Assembly (NCBI GenBank): GCA_973895155.1
Contig: OZ316899.1
Location: 14,449,934 to 14,513,933 of the forward strand
Direction of reading: 5' to 3'
Origin: Marsupella aquatica
Lineage: Eukaryota; Plantae; Marchantiophyta
Length of the DNA: 64,000 nucleotides
Shown here: positions 37,623 to 49,099 of the stretch, piece by piece
Layout: every line of letters starts with the position of its first letter
How positions within the stretch are numbered: the first letter of the stretch is position 1
Program-made: the position numbers and the translations under genes
The notes under the pieces: model-generated
Seen by the model: the letters and a program-made list of their open reading frames with translations, nothing else
Told to the model about the DNA's origin: nothing
Databases searched by the model: none

Positions 37623-39442
37623 TGTCAAACACTTGTCAAGGAGCTTAAGCGGCTTTTCTTCCCAAAAGACTACCTAATACCTGCTCCATATCATACCAGG
37701 TCACAAAGGATTGACAAAACTTTTGAAATGTGTCTACAATGTCTAATCACTCCATACATAAGTAGTTTCAACTCTCCACTTCTAGAGAGGTAGTCCCCTT
37801 GACTACTTTTGTACTCACACCCTTCCCCTCTCCTCTACTCCAAGGATCAGCAAGGGGGATCTCCGCTCCAAGCTGTCACCTTAGAGTAGATTCTCACACA
37901 AACACCCAAGAACCCAAAGTACTTTCCTCTTCAAGCTTAAGTCTCCTCAAGACCCTCAAAGTAGTGTTACCCCTCAACCTTGCCCCCTGGCCTTGGTTTG
38001 GGTTCACACATCCCCTTTGAGCTCTAGAGAAGGCTCCTCTATCTAAGGACTCTTCCTCTTGTACTTACTTTTTGTTAACACGGTCACACACCAAGCAAAG
38101 TACTTTCCACTCTCAAGCTATAATCCTCTCTAAGTCTCAAAGTAGTGCTCTACCTTAACTTTGCCTCCTTGGCCTTGATTTTGTACTAGCACATCCCTTT
38201 TGAGCTTAGACCAGGATTACACCATAGCATGGACTCTTCTCTTGCTCCCATACACTTCAAATGCACTCACACTTAATGGTCACAATGAAGATTGACAAGT
38301 CTCCTTTTATTGTATCACCTTTACAACAAAAGTTCACTATACATTCTCCACACTAAGCATGGACCACCTCTCCCTTCTCAAGCTTAGCCCTACCTTGGCA
38401 AGGTAGAGATTTCACTTAAGAGATGAGACTCCCGGTCCCTAACAAATGAAAACTTCCTCCTTATATACTATTTTCCTTCCACACCACACCAAGGTAGTCC
38501 ACCAAGGACCAAGGACCAAAGTGGAGGACCAAGGACCAAGGTCCAATCACCAAAGTCCTCCTAACTACCAAAGTCACACTACAACAAAAGTCCAACTAAC
38601 TACCACTCCCACTCAAGCTCCTTCACCTTGTGATTGCCTGGTCTATTCAACCATCTCCTAGCCGCCCTTGTGCTTGACTTATTCCTGCCTTGTGGTAGCC
38701 TCGTCGAAGCCTTTTTACACTTACTCGGATTTCGTTATTTTGGAAAAAATATAATTCCCCGGCCCATATTGTACCCACCGCCAAAAATCACCCATAAGGC
38801 CAAAAGGACTTTTGAGTAGATCCATAGATTCTCTGGACATAGGTCTATGTCCTGGTTTACTAAGATCTAAACAAAACCCTATAACCAATTTTCTAAAATT
38901 AGGTAAAGAGGGTTAATTCTTATGTTTTCCAAAATTCTTCTCAACTTTGAGATGCTCCCAAAAAGTAACCAAAGGTAACCAAGTTCTCCCACAAGTTTCC
39001 AGGGATAGAGTGGACCATATTTAACCTACTTTGAAACTTGGAACCCCTACCTTTTCCCATCAGCTATTTTTCCCGAGACCCGCTATTTGGTAACTTTAAG
39101 TTTTGCCAAAATACTTACAACTCCTAGGTTAAGACCCCACTTGACTTTGTGACTTTTATGTGCGGACTAGGGACTACCTAGCACCTATAGGGTGAGTCTT
39201 AGCAAAACTTATCACTCAAAAGTATCGGTCATGCCTTCGGCCCGACTTGCCGACTACCATAACTTTTTTCCGCCCTTACCAAATAACTTACTCAACTCTT
39301 GATACTTCTTAGAGAAACATGTCCTCTCCCTCAATTTATTTCCCTACTCTACTTCCTTAGTTATTAAGTTACCCTAAACCTAACAACTCCGCTAATCACT
39401 AAAACTATGTAATTACTACTCCTTGAAAGCAAAAAACTGACG
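37623..39442. mobile_element. Probable solo LTR (~1.8 kb) interrupting the CACTA transposase
   Basis: Starts TGTCA exactly where transposase homology stops; candidate end TGACG; non-coding with an internal duplication; flanks do not form a TSD. Confidence 0.5.
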
Positions 39443-39679
39443 CATTTCCTACTCAAGCCTCCATTGAGCCATTCCACAGCATGCCACCCGCACCATTAGA
39501 GCAGGAGATGAGATTTTTGTAGATTATGATTGGCATTGATCACAACTTTATATGTACATCACCTATTCAATACATGACATTCCTTGCACATATCATTATT
39601 TGAGCTTCATTGCACCCTTCATGGAACTCTTTGTCTAATTATGAGTTTGCATTGGAAATTGCTTACTTATATATGTAGG

Positions 39680-40486
39680 ATGGTGCCAATATTACTCCTA
39701 CACCGCACCCATCCATGATGACTACATCAGCCCATGCCTTCCACGCTCGAGCCACATTACATTTCAGTGACGACAATGATGATGATGTCCATGATGTGGA
39801 TGATGATCTGGATGATGATGATGATGATGTGGACGATGATGATGATGAGTACCATGATGCATATGATGTCGAGTTTGATGATGATGTAGAGGATGAGGGG
39901 CCTGCACCTATTCTTGAAGAGGAAGCTTTTGCCCACCTGGTTGACATTCACTTTGGCCCACATGCACCTGACGATGATCACCCTACTATGGAAGTAGACC
40001 AAGAGGATTGGGACCAGCTCGAATCAGAAGCCAGAACTCCACTATTCGAGGGTTCTCCAACCTCGAGGTAGGAAGCCTATGACTTCTCTAATTGTGAGAG
40101 TGTAATTGCAGGTAGTACCTCATGTTCCATTTTGATGAACTAATTGTGGTTTTGCAAATGCAGGTTGGGTGCCACTCTCTTGATGTTAAATTTGCAAGGA
40201 GTTTTCAATGGTTCGGATGTCCAGGCATACAGATGCACTATTGCAGTTGTTCCACAAGAAATTCTTGCCCCAACCAAACACTCTTCCTGGATGTGTGAGG
40301 GAGGCTAAGAAGTTACTTGTCTCCATTGGATTGGCTTTGGAGACTATCCATATGTGCCCCGCTGGTTGCATCTTGTATAGAAAGGAGTATGCTGAGCACA
40401 CTCATTGCCCAAAGGAACGGTGTGGCCTTCCACGATATCGACCAGACACCATTGGGGACAAAATTCCAGAGAAGTTAAATTACTGA
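39680..40486 (+). pseudogene. CACTA TnpD N-terminal exons, opposite orientation to the rest of the gene
   Basis: Asp-rich tract, EARTPLFEGS, intron, LP..NTLP...EAKK...GL..ETIHMCPAGCILYRKEY...CP..CG..RY. Confidence 0.85.
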
Positions 40487-40957
40487 TGCAAACTCATGTG
40501 ATTAGCGTCCACATACTCAGGTGCAAACTTAACATCCAACTCAACGATGCACATTCACATCATACATGAGCAGGTGGACTCTAGCTTGCGGACAGCAGGG
40601 CAGTGCAAGCACACAGGCTCGTGACAGAGAGAGAGGCAAAGGAGGGAGAGATAGAGGGAGGGAGAGAAGGGAGAGAGGGAGGGAGAGAGGGAGAGATAGA
40701 CGGAGGGAGAGAGAGAGGGACAAGGGAAGGAGAGAGAGAGGGAGGACGAGGAGCCATGTCCACAGGGACACCACCAGGAGATCCCGCGACACTAGAGGCA
40801 AGGGTGCGGAACAGACAGATCCTTTGTCCTCCAGTAGTAGTAGCTCAGATGAGGATGAGCAGAGGATTGAGTTGCGCTGTCAAGGCGGACAGTCAGGAGG
40901 TGCGCAAGAGAGTTCCCTCCATAGGTCTGGACGGAACAGGAGCCACTCTTAGCGACA

Positions 40958-40980
40958 TTAGGGTTTAGGGTTTAGGGTTT
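40958..40980 (+). repeat. Telomeric/telo-box tract (TTTAGGG)~3
   Basis: Read directly; a similar tract lies at 36445-36472. Confidence 0.85.
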
Positions 40981-41646
40981 TCATGACTTCCTCCTGAATT
41001 TTGTAAATTTCCCAATTCTATTTTGATCTCACCCATATGTAGTGGTGCCACATTCCAGGATTGAACTGTGTACAATGGGCATGTATTGATCTTGAACACT
41101 TGATTGTGTATTTTGTATGTATTCCCTACCCCTAAACCCGCCCACATAACCATGGAGCCCTAAACAACATCATACGTCGGAATTAACATCCCCACAAAAG
41201 TCAGATAATTTTAGTATACCTCGTCTATGGGAAGAATCCAACGTCTTATTTGCCGTTGTCAAGTTAATTACATCATTCCATATGACCAACATAACGTCAT
41301 GAACAACGACACACACTCACATATACGTTGTTTATAAGGCCTTGTGTAAACACGTAATGTACGACGTAATTCACTCTGACGTCGTATTAAAGGACGTAAA
41401 CAACTGTAATTCTCTTAGTAAACTCTTCCCCTTGGAACGTTGTACTCAACTACGTTAAGAATGTTATGTCACTTAAAACATGGTAATAAACATCGTTGTG
41501 GACGACATAAATGAGGTCGTCTGGGTCTGGGCTCTTTACGTGCCCAATTTCACGTCGCTGTAATCGACTTTGCTTTGGGGCAAGTTCACATCGTGTTTAG
41601 CGTCAACTCAGATTACGTTAAACCCTCAAGAATTGTAGTTGTGAAC

Positions 41647-43006
41647 GGGAAAAGAGGAAGCGAAAGAAGAAAAGATCCGGTTCTAAAAAGAAGGACCTTA
41701 CTTCTTTGTCCTCCTCATCCTCTTCCTCCTCAAGTTCTAGTTCAAGTTCTTCTTCACCTTCGTCCTCTTCATCATCAGAAGATGAATCTAGTAGTAATAG
41801 GAAAGATTGGAAGAAAATATATCATCCCACTAATAATGCATTGAAATCGCTTACAGGCGTGAAGAAAACGATTGACGATCTTAGTGGTAAATTTGACAAA
41901 GTCTCGGTCAATTTGGCAGATAATCGCCCCAAACGTAGACCACTGCCTGTGCAAAGACCGAATGTTTGGTGTGCTCGTTGTGGAGAACGAGGTCACTACC
42001 CAGTGGAGTGTCCACATGTGGGGAGACAAGTGCATTACATGGTAGAAGAATGGGATGACCAAGGTTGCTATGATGTGGAACCTGAAGAGCTTGATTGGTA
42101 CATGGTCAGTAGTCCTTCATTTCCAAGAAGACCCATGGCCCCATCAAGACAACCTATGGGTTGGAATATGGGGATGAATACAATGGCCCGATCAATGACC
42201 ATTAGACCACTAGTCAAACCTCCCATGGATCCTCCTGGAGGATATCCTCCTTGCACAGAGAATCCCAGGAACTTGCTACAATTGTGGGATCGCTGGCCAT
42301 TATGCTCCTGATTGTCCTTATCCTAAAGCTTCGTATCAATATACCCCTATTTGTGGGAATTGTGGAAGTGAGGGACACTTACCCATTGAATGCCCAAAAC
42401 TGGTGCAACCCAAACTGATGGTGAAATATGTTAAGGATCCAGAGAAGAAGGATGTTGCGGAGGTGCGGCTGATTTTCTTGGAAGATACTCACCATGTGAT
42501 GGAGGAGGAGTTGAATGATGAAGACATTTCATCAGTCTATAGGACCACCACTCGAAGTGCCAAGCAAAAAGCTGAGGAGACAAACCGCCAAAGTGATAGT
42601 TTGGGCTCAAAATTTTCTTCGGGTCAATATGACTCTCCAACCACTCCACGTAAGATTAAGGATAAGACCAAGACTAGCGATCCACCGCCTGGGGGTAAGC
42701 AGGTAGAGGGCCTTCCCAAAGAGTTAGACCCTGCGTATGACATGTACAACCCAAAGTATTTTATAAGAGATATATCGTCTGAAGCTAATGAATATATTAA
42801 TCAAGAGATTAAAGCTAATGCACAACATATTGCAATGAAACCCAAGCATGTTTCCTTTGAGGATAAGCCAAATTTTCAGGGAGTTAGAGTAGATGAGAAA
42901 TTAGGCTATGACATAGTTAAGGATGTGGCTAATGCTCCAGCGACAGTAACTTTTGGAGAATTGTTGAGAAATAATGCTTTGTATAGAAAACAGCTAAAAC
43001 CGCTTC
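41647..43006 (+). pseudogene. gag, 3' part (Ser-rich tract, CCHC knuckles) and linker to protease
   Basis: WCARCGERGHYPVEC, CYNCGSLAHYAPDC, CGNCGSEGHLPIEC; frameshifts. Confidence 0.88.
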
Positions 43007-43056
43007 ATCAGCCTATTCATTAAAAGTGTATTTTCTTTTGTTCACAAATCAGTCCT

Positions 43057-43147
43057 GAAATGTACACTTTTATGTCCCCAAATGTACACTTTACGAAGCC
43101 CAAATGTACACTTTTTGATACCTAAATGTACACTTTATAGGCCAAAT
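43057..43147 (+). repeat. Left subterminal repeats (AAATGTACACTTT)
   Basis: 4 copies spaced ~22 bp apart. Confidence 0.9.
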
Positions 43148-43587
43148 CTTATTAGTATATTAATATAATAATATAATAATATAATATAATATATTATATT
43201 ATAATAGTATTATATTACTTATTAGTTCACAAAGAACCATGGGATAGAGATCATACTTGTAAAAACATTTCCGCACAAAGAAGCCCAGGCAAGGACCATT
43301 GATTGATAATGTGTGAAAATAATTATATACAATTGTGTCCAAACTTACAATGAATATCCAGGGCTGGCACCCATTTTTACTATCTAATGGGCTTAACATG
43401 AGTCAGATCTCTAAACAAAGTGCTCCTTACAATATTTATTTGAGCACATGCCTTTGTCTCCTTTACTATCTACCCTAATGTCATGGTTGCAACTCCCTTT
43501 ATCTTCAGGGAGATGAAATTTGGTGGTGTTGTTCCTAACTGCTATAATCTCCTGCAAAAAGTGTCTGGGATTTTCTCTATACAGACC

Positions 43588-44544
43588 TCAATATTCCCAT
43601 CCTACAAATGATCTAGCAAGTGAGGTGACAAGTGCATCGTCAAGTTCCACCTCAGGACGTAAGCTACATATACGGTGCTTCACAGCCCAAGGGATCTCAT
43701 TGCTATTGAGGTCCAGCACACTATGCCTATACTGTGACTTCCAAATTTTTGTTGCACATCTCTTACTAAGTTGATCATAAGTAATCTCATTTTTTGCCTT
43801 GTCTCTCTTAATGTGCAATAGAGACCACTTTGGAGAGTTTAGGAGAAGATAACAACGAATGTCACTTGCATGTGACAGTTTCTCAAGACATGGCCAAAGA
43901 ATTGTTAGAAGAAAATTGTCTCCACGATTGGCATGCGTGTAGGGCACTGGAAATAGTCCGGTCATGTCTGGGTTGGCAAATGCCTTCAAGGGGGAGTCAT
44001 CCACAAGGAGTGTGTTGGTTTCATCATATAGATTTCCAAATGCACTCCATACCACCCGAAAATCCTTCAATAGCACATTTGCCTTTCCATTTATAATGTC
44101 ACGCCTTTGAATGCCTGTGTCAAAGGCTTCCACCTGTGTGAATACAAACTTCAGTTTCAATTGCTCCTCAATTGTGAACATCATGTTCAACATTTTCACT
44201 GTTCGCGGCATCCCAGCACATGTCCAAATTGCAATGTCAAACCGGTCAAAAACCAACTTTAGAAACTCATGGAGCCCTGGCCTCCCTGTATACATGCGAC
44301 TAGTTCCATTTGATCTATCCCAATGCACTCCACTTGTGGTGACAATATTCCTGGATGTGCCCTTGCTTTGGAATTTAATAGAATCCCAAAGTATTTTATT
44401 AAGGTCCAAAATCAGCAACTTCCGCTTGACGGGACCAGGTCTCGATTCTGCAAGTGCACCAAACACCATTCTCAAAGAAAAGACCAAAAGTGAACTTTGG
44501 ATTAGGATTGTCTCAGTCCAAAAATACAAGACAATGGCTGACAA
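43588..44544 (-). CDS. FCP1/NIF-family (HAD-like) phosphatase-like protein
   Basis: RKLLILDLNKIL, RPGLHEFL..F..FDIAIWT, LKDFRVVW, NTLLVDDSPLKA..NP. Likely ATG ~44468; the frame continues past the TGA to ~43411. Confidence 0.85.
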   Translation of the reverse strand: MSAIVLYFWTETILIQSSLLVFSLRMVFGALAESRPGPVKRKLLILDLNKILWDSIKFQSKGTSRNIVTTSGVHWDRSNGTSRMYTGRPGLHEFLKLVFDRFDIAIWTCAGMPRTVKMLNMMFTIEEQLKLKFVFTQVEAFDTGIQRRDIINGKANVLLKDFRVVWSAFGNLYDETNTLLVDDSPLKAFANPDMTGLFPVPYTHANRGDNFLLTILWPCLEKLSHASDIRCYLLLNSPKWSLLHIKRDKAKNEITYDQLSKRCATKIWKSQYRHSVLDLNSNEIPWAVKHRICSLRPEVELDDALVTSLARSFVGWEY

Positions 44545-45041
44545 AAAAGAAAATTAACCTACATACCATTTTTAGAAGCCTCACAATGTGTAGACGGATA
44601 TGGAGACTTTAATTGGTGAGCGCATTCTGTGAGATTGAGAAGTATTTTAGATTGATATGAATAAATACAAAGTCAAAGGCTGAATTTCATTCCAAAATAA
44701 GAGATCCGTATTCAACCCTAAATGTCAGCACCAAGCTCCTGTTGGATTTCAAAATTGACATCTGAAGTACTTTGTTCTACCCAATAAGGTGAAGTCCAAA
44801 CAGGAGTTATCAACCCCAATTCTCCACTCTTATACTCCTCCTTATTGAGAATTGAAGGAGCAGCATCCAATGATATTTCTTGGCCTCAATTTGGCCCACT
44901 TTTCCACACGTAACATCATGCGTTGCATTCCAATGACCTCCATCCAGTTGATCCAACTCTATTTCCTTTCTTTTTTGAGAGCGGAAGGACAATAGGACTC
45001 CCCGAGTGTGAACAAACAAACACCGATTTGTCATCAGAAGC

Positions 45042-46480
45042 TTAAAAGAGTGTGTCAGGACAAGTTGAAGCACCTGCCTGGTTGTCAGCAGCCGTTGATG
45101 CATTTCCTCCTGGATTGATCGGAATGTCAGGCAATCCGCCAGTCTCCCCCTCGGTCTCCCCCCGAGTCAATTCTTTAGTTTCAGCTTCATTTGAATCTCC
45201 AAGCCTCATTGCGCCTTCATTGATCAGATTGGTTGAAGAAAGATGATCAAATGTATCAACCCTTGCTCCTTCCAGTTGCTCCATCTGTCCTCCCGACGTT
45301 GTTGGATTGGGATCATCCTTGTCCAAGTTATCATCAACTTGAACTTCATTGGGCCCCGGAGGGATGTCATCTAAACCAGATGAACGGTTTGGTGCAAGTC
45401 CAATATCATCATCTACATCGTAAGGCTCACCTTGACCAACACGGTCATCCAAATTCTTGACATATGCCTCCTCTGATGCCTCTACGCCTTCAGCCACTTT
45501 GTCAGCAACATCTTCAGACTCAGAACCATCGGATTCAACAGCGACAGCTACAGCCGCAACAGTGGTAGCCCATTGTCGAGAATTTTCAGCAAGTGATTCA
45601 CAATGAGCTTTAAGTGAGGGAACTCTCTCGCAAAGGTAGGAAACAAAAGCTTCCACCAAATGCCTCTCGGAGTGAGAGTCACAATAAACAAAGCATTCCC
45701 TATCGCAAAAAAATGATGTCTTCATGACTTGGCCACCGGAGAAAAAATCTAGAACCAAATCTCCCGGTTCTGACAAGGATTCAATAATCCTTCGGATCAT
45801 CCGCGTGGGTTTGGCATGAGGATTAACCCACCCTCCGCGACTGCCAACTGTCTCAAATTGAGGGGCCATATTCATAATCTTGACGGCCTCTTCCGGGTCC
45901 AAAACCACTTTAAGGTCGTCGTTTTGTGTCCCCTCATCTGATTCCTTAGCCTTCCCCTTTCCCTTGTCGATCTTGCATACTTTGTAATCAACATCCTTTG
46001 CAGTATACAAGAATTTTGGCTTTGGATAGTTGGGCTTGAAAACTTCATTCCAATTGACGTCTTCATCTCGAGAAATCCCCGCAAAGATAACTTCTTCAAT
46101 CCCCCACCCCAACATGAGTCATGAGGGTGCGGTTGATCATCTTGAGAATAGTTCCCATACTCAATGTGAATGGTCAAAGCTTTCTCTTGTCCCAGTTTAC
46201 GAAGGGCACCATGGACATTCAATGCAAGTTGTCCAGGATGAACTGTTATCGTCACAACAATCGTGGGATTTTGTGGAAGCTCCACAATGTATTCAAAGAG
46301 AACAAGAATCTCTGCTTCAGTCCATTGTTTTTGCGGAAGCCGGCTAAAATCAACAATGGCAAGAGGGCAGGTCGGAGGAGCTTCTTGCAATGACTCTGGA
46401 TCAATGGTCTTCATGAGATTGTCGCTAAAAAATGTAGCCCATGGTAGGGTCCAAGAACGTGATCCTCCGCCAAATTTCTG
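45042..46480 (-). pseudogene. N4/N6 DNA methyltransferase-like (N6_N4_Mtase, beta-type order) exon with frameshift and acidic tail
   Basis: HAKPTRMIRRIIESLSEPGDLVLDFFSGG...DRECFVYCD matches the motif X/I region KP..L..LI...S.PGD.VLDPF.GSG. No canonical DPPY/SPPY seen; LAIVDFSR is at the expected place. Confidence 0.7.
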
Positions 46481-46489
46481 GCAGTATAT

Positions 46490-46800
46490 ATCAGTCCCAG
46501 TCCAGAACAAAACTAGACAGTATCAGTGGAAAAATAATCTATTGAATGTGTATGAATCCATTTGGACTGGGACCATCCCAGTCCAACGCAAAACTAGGTG
46601 ATGTCAATGGAAATATTCTACTGAATGTGCATGAATCCATTTGGACTGGGACCATCCCAGTCCAACACAAAACTAGACGATATCAGTGGACAAAGATTCT
46701 ACTGAATGTGCATGAATCCATTTGGACTGGGACCATCCTAGTCCAACGCAAAACTAGGCGATATCAGTGGAAATATTCTACTGAATGTGCATGAATCTAC
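46490..46800. repeat. ~80-bp tandem repeat (~4 copies), probably intronic, with hairpin TTGGACTGGGA-CCA-TCCCAGTCCAA
   Basis: Stem at 46562 and 46641 (perfect) and 46722 (1 mismatch). Confidence 0.9.
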
Positions 46801-46834
46801 TATATTGTACCCATCAAGCAGTAACACTTTGTAC

Positions 46835-47770
46835 CTGAAATTTTTGATTGTCTTAAGCGTTTGTTTTGTTGTCCCCATGTTTTGGCCGGCTAGGTTTTCC
46901 ACATTCCACAAATTGTCGCCTAGCATGAATGATTGTATCTTTGAAGCATGACTGAAACACCATCGTGCTATTGATCGCATTAGATTGCATTGAATGCTCA
47001 ACTAATATTGACGATGGTGTTCGATGAGATAATATTCTTGACTTTCGAAATTCCAGCTTTTTTGCCAATGCTGTCAGCTTGGCATCCTTGTTTGCCCATT
47101 CTCGAATCCATCTGGCTGCTCTAGCCGAATGTTGACCACTAATGGCAAGGAATTGAACCTCGCCCTTTTTCACGGCTGCTACAAAGTCCCTCCTATCTGA
47201 TTCTGTGTTGTCATACTGCATTAGGTTTCTATGTTTTGTAGTGTAAGGAATCAAGTTTGCTATGTGTGGTTCATGCCCCGGATTTCTTATCATGGAATTG
47301 GCCACCTCCTTTACATGGTCTGCATTCAACATTCTGTAACAGAGTCTTGCCGACGCAGGGAAAATACTGTCTACAGGAATAGAAAATAACGAATTGATCC
47401 CAAACGTATAATATTGCTCCATTTGTTGCAATACCTCATTACCTTCTAAGACCTTCTTCTCCTCAGGAGCGTCCAACTGCTCGTCCACATCTCGTGAATG
47501 CACTGTCAGGTTTTCTGTAGTGTCATCCATGATGGCACTGTCAATTTTCTGTTTCTTCTTCTGTCTTGGTCTCTTTTCACTTGCACTCGGCTTCTCAACC
47601 AGACATTTCTTCTCAACTGGCTTCTCAACTTGGCTTCTCGTACTCAGCTTCTCGTACTCGGCTTCTCGTACTCGGCTTCTCGTACTCGGCTTCTCGTACT
47701 CGGCTTCTCGTACTCGGCTTCTCAACTCGGCTTCTCGTACTCGGCTTCTCAACCAGAAGTTTCTTCTCAA
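46835..47770 (-). pseudogene. ParB/Srx(DndB)-like domain exon
   Basis: IPVDSI...YRMLNADHVKEVANSM...G...QFLAISGQHSARAA resembles R......V..L..S...G...IIDGQHR..A; ends at a GT donor near 46834. Confidence 0.6.
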
Positions 47771-48620
47771 CCGGAGGTTTCCTTTGGCTTTGTTTTTGTT
47801 TTCCCATTGCTCTTTGAGAGGTCGCTGCTGTAGTTCCCACGGTCTCTGTTGTAGGTTCTGGAGCTTTCTCTGGCGCTTGCTCGGGCACAGGGTTTGTATT
47901 CACCGCTGGAAGCTTTCTCATCTTGGACAATGATTCTATCCATTGCTTTGCTTTGACTAAATCAAACTTGGGAGAAAATGCAACATCCTTATCAATTAAA
48001 ACACCAGGCTCCTCCGACTCCAACGATAACAATCCAGCTTTCTCAAGTAAATTGCTTAACGTCCAGGTAGTTGCAAAAGAAAAATTGCCTTGGTGCTTCA
48101 TCATGTTGAGTTTCAAATATTGAAGCCCATACATAATGTCAACTGGAAGCATACCAGTTACCCCGACAACCAACTTCTTTGTGTCATAGGTCTTTGGAAA
48201 AAATCCCATTGACAAAACGCTCAATTCCCCACTTGCGTGCCATTCGACATTGAATTCAGAGGAGTATGCCTTTGACAGAAGGTTAACTTTAACCCAACAG
48301 GACTTATCGTGCATCTCGAGAATGACCGTATTCATCTCTCTCCCTCCAATGCCAACAGAGACCACAGGTCCGCAAACAAAAGTCAGGCTATCATTTCCTT
48401 AGCACTTTAAGGTCAAAACAGGTTCAATCGTGGTTGATGGCACTTCATTATTAAGCGGGGTTCTTGAGAACTCAAGCCCCCATCGAAAGCGTGGGGATCT
48501 CTCATCTAGTAAGAATTCATCCAGGCAGTGGGTCGGTGCAATCGTGGGTTTGGAAACAACAAGATCGCTCCCTGCATCATAAATGTCATCCATGTTAGAC
48601 TTAAAACCTTTAAAACATTC
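47625..48620 (-). pseudogene. N-terminal region of the same minus-strand cargo gene, unknown domain
   Basis: ORFs 48399-48920 and 47625-48365 share a frame across one TAA and shift frame within the 14-bp repeat. Confidence 0.55.
47632..47752. repeat. 14-bp tandem repeat GGCTTCTCGTACTC (~8 copies) inside coding sequence
   Basis: Read directly. Confidence 0.92.
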
Positions 48621-48629
48621 GAATAACTC

Positions 48630-48942
48630 TTGTTGGATTAGGATGGTCCTAGTCCAACTTGAGATGGTTTTAGACTTGCTCCTACAATCGAGATTCAATC
48701 TCCTAGATGGATTAGGATCATCCGAGTCCAACTTTGGATTGGGATGGTCCGAGTCCAACTTTGGATTGGGATGGTCCGAGTCCAACTTTGGATTGGGATC
48801 ATCCGAGTCCAACTTTGGATTTGGATGGTTCGAGTCCAAGTTTGGATTTGGATGGTCCGAGTCCAAGTTTGGATTGGGACGGTCCGAGTCCAAGTTTGGA
48901 TTGGGATGGTTCGAGTCCAACTTTGGACTTGGATGGTCCCAA
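48630..48942. repeat. 27-bp tandem array (TTGGATTGGGATGGTCCGAGTCCAACT)
   Basis: ~9 copies; each unit is an imperfect palindrome. Confidence 0.92.
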
Positions 48943-49099
48943 TCCTCTAAGACTTAGGGAGGATAGGTGATGGATACTTACTAGGGATTCGTGATTGAAA
49001 TTGTCTGGAGTCTTCGAGTGCCAGTTCCATACTGTCGCTCATAGAGGAGAGGTCAAACTCCTCCGTTTCTTCCACATAGGACATCACAAGGACGCGATT

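Larger units (their letters stand above)
33467..41643. mobile_element. CACTA/EnSpm-family DNA transposon with CACAA termini
   Basis: 13-bp TIR CACAACTACAATT / AATTGTAGTTGTG; 3-bp TSD AAC (33464-33466, 41644-41646); ACGT-rich subterminal repeats; removing it restores the gag frame. Confidence 0.93.

Noticed and set aside
40541-40968. RE/GR-rich and SL-rich ORFs
   Set aside because: Mostly GA microsatellite; a TnpA fragment cannot be supported.
46490-46800. Palindromic repeats with regular spacing resembling a CRISPR array
   Set aside because: The intervening sequences are near-identical rather than unique spacers; no cas genes; eukaryotic intronic context.
45042-47770. Bacterial contamination or prophage suggested by ParB/MTase motifs
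   Set aside because: The region has GT-AG introns and lies within TIRs/TSD inside a plant retrotransposon.
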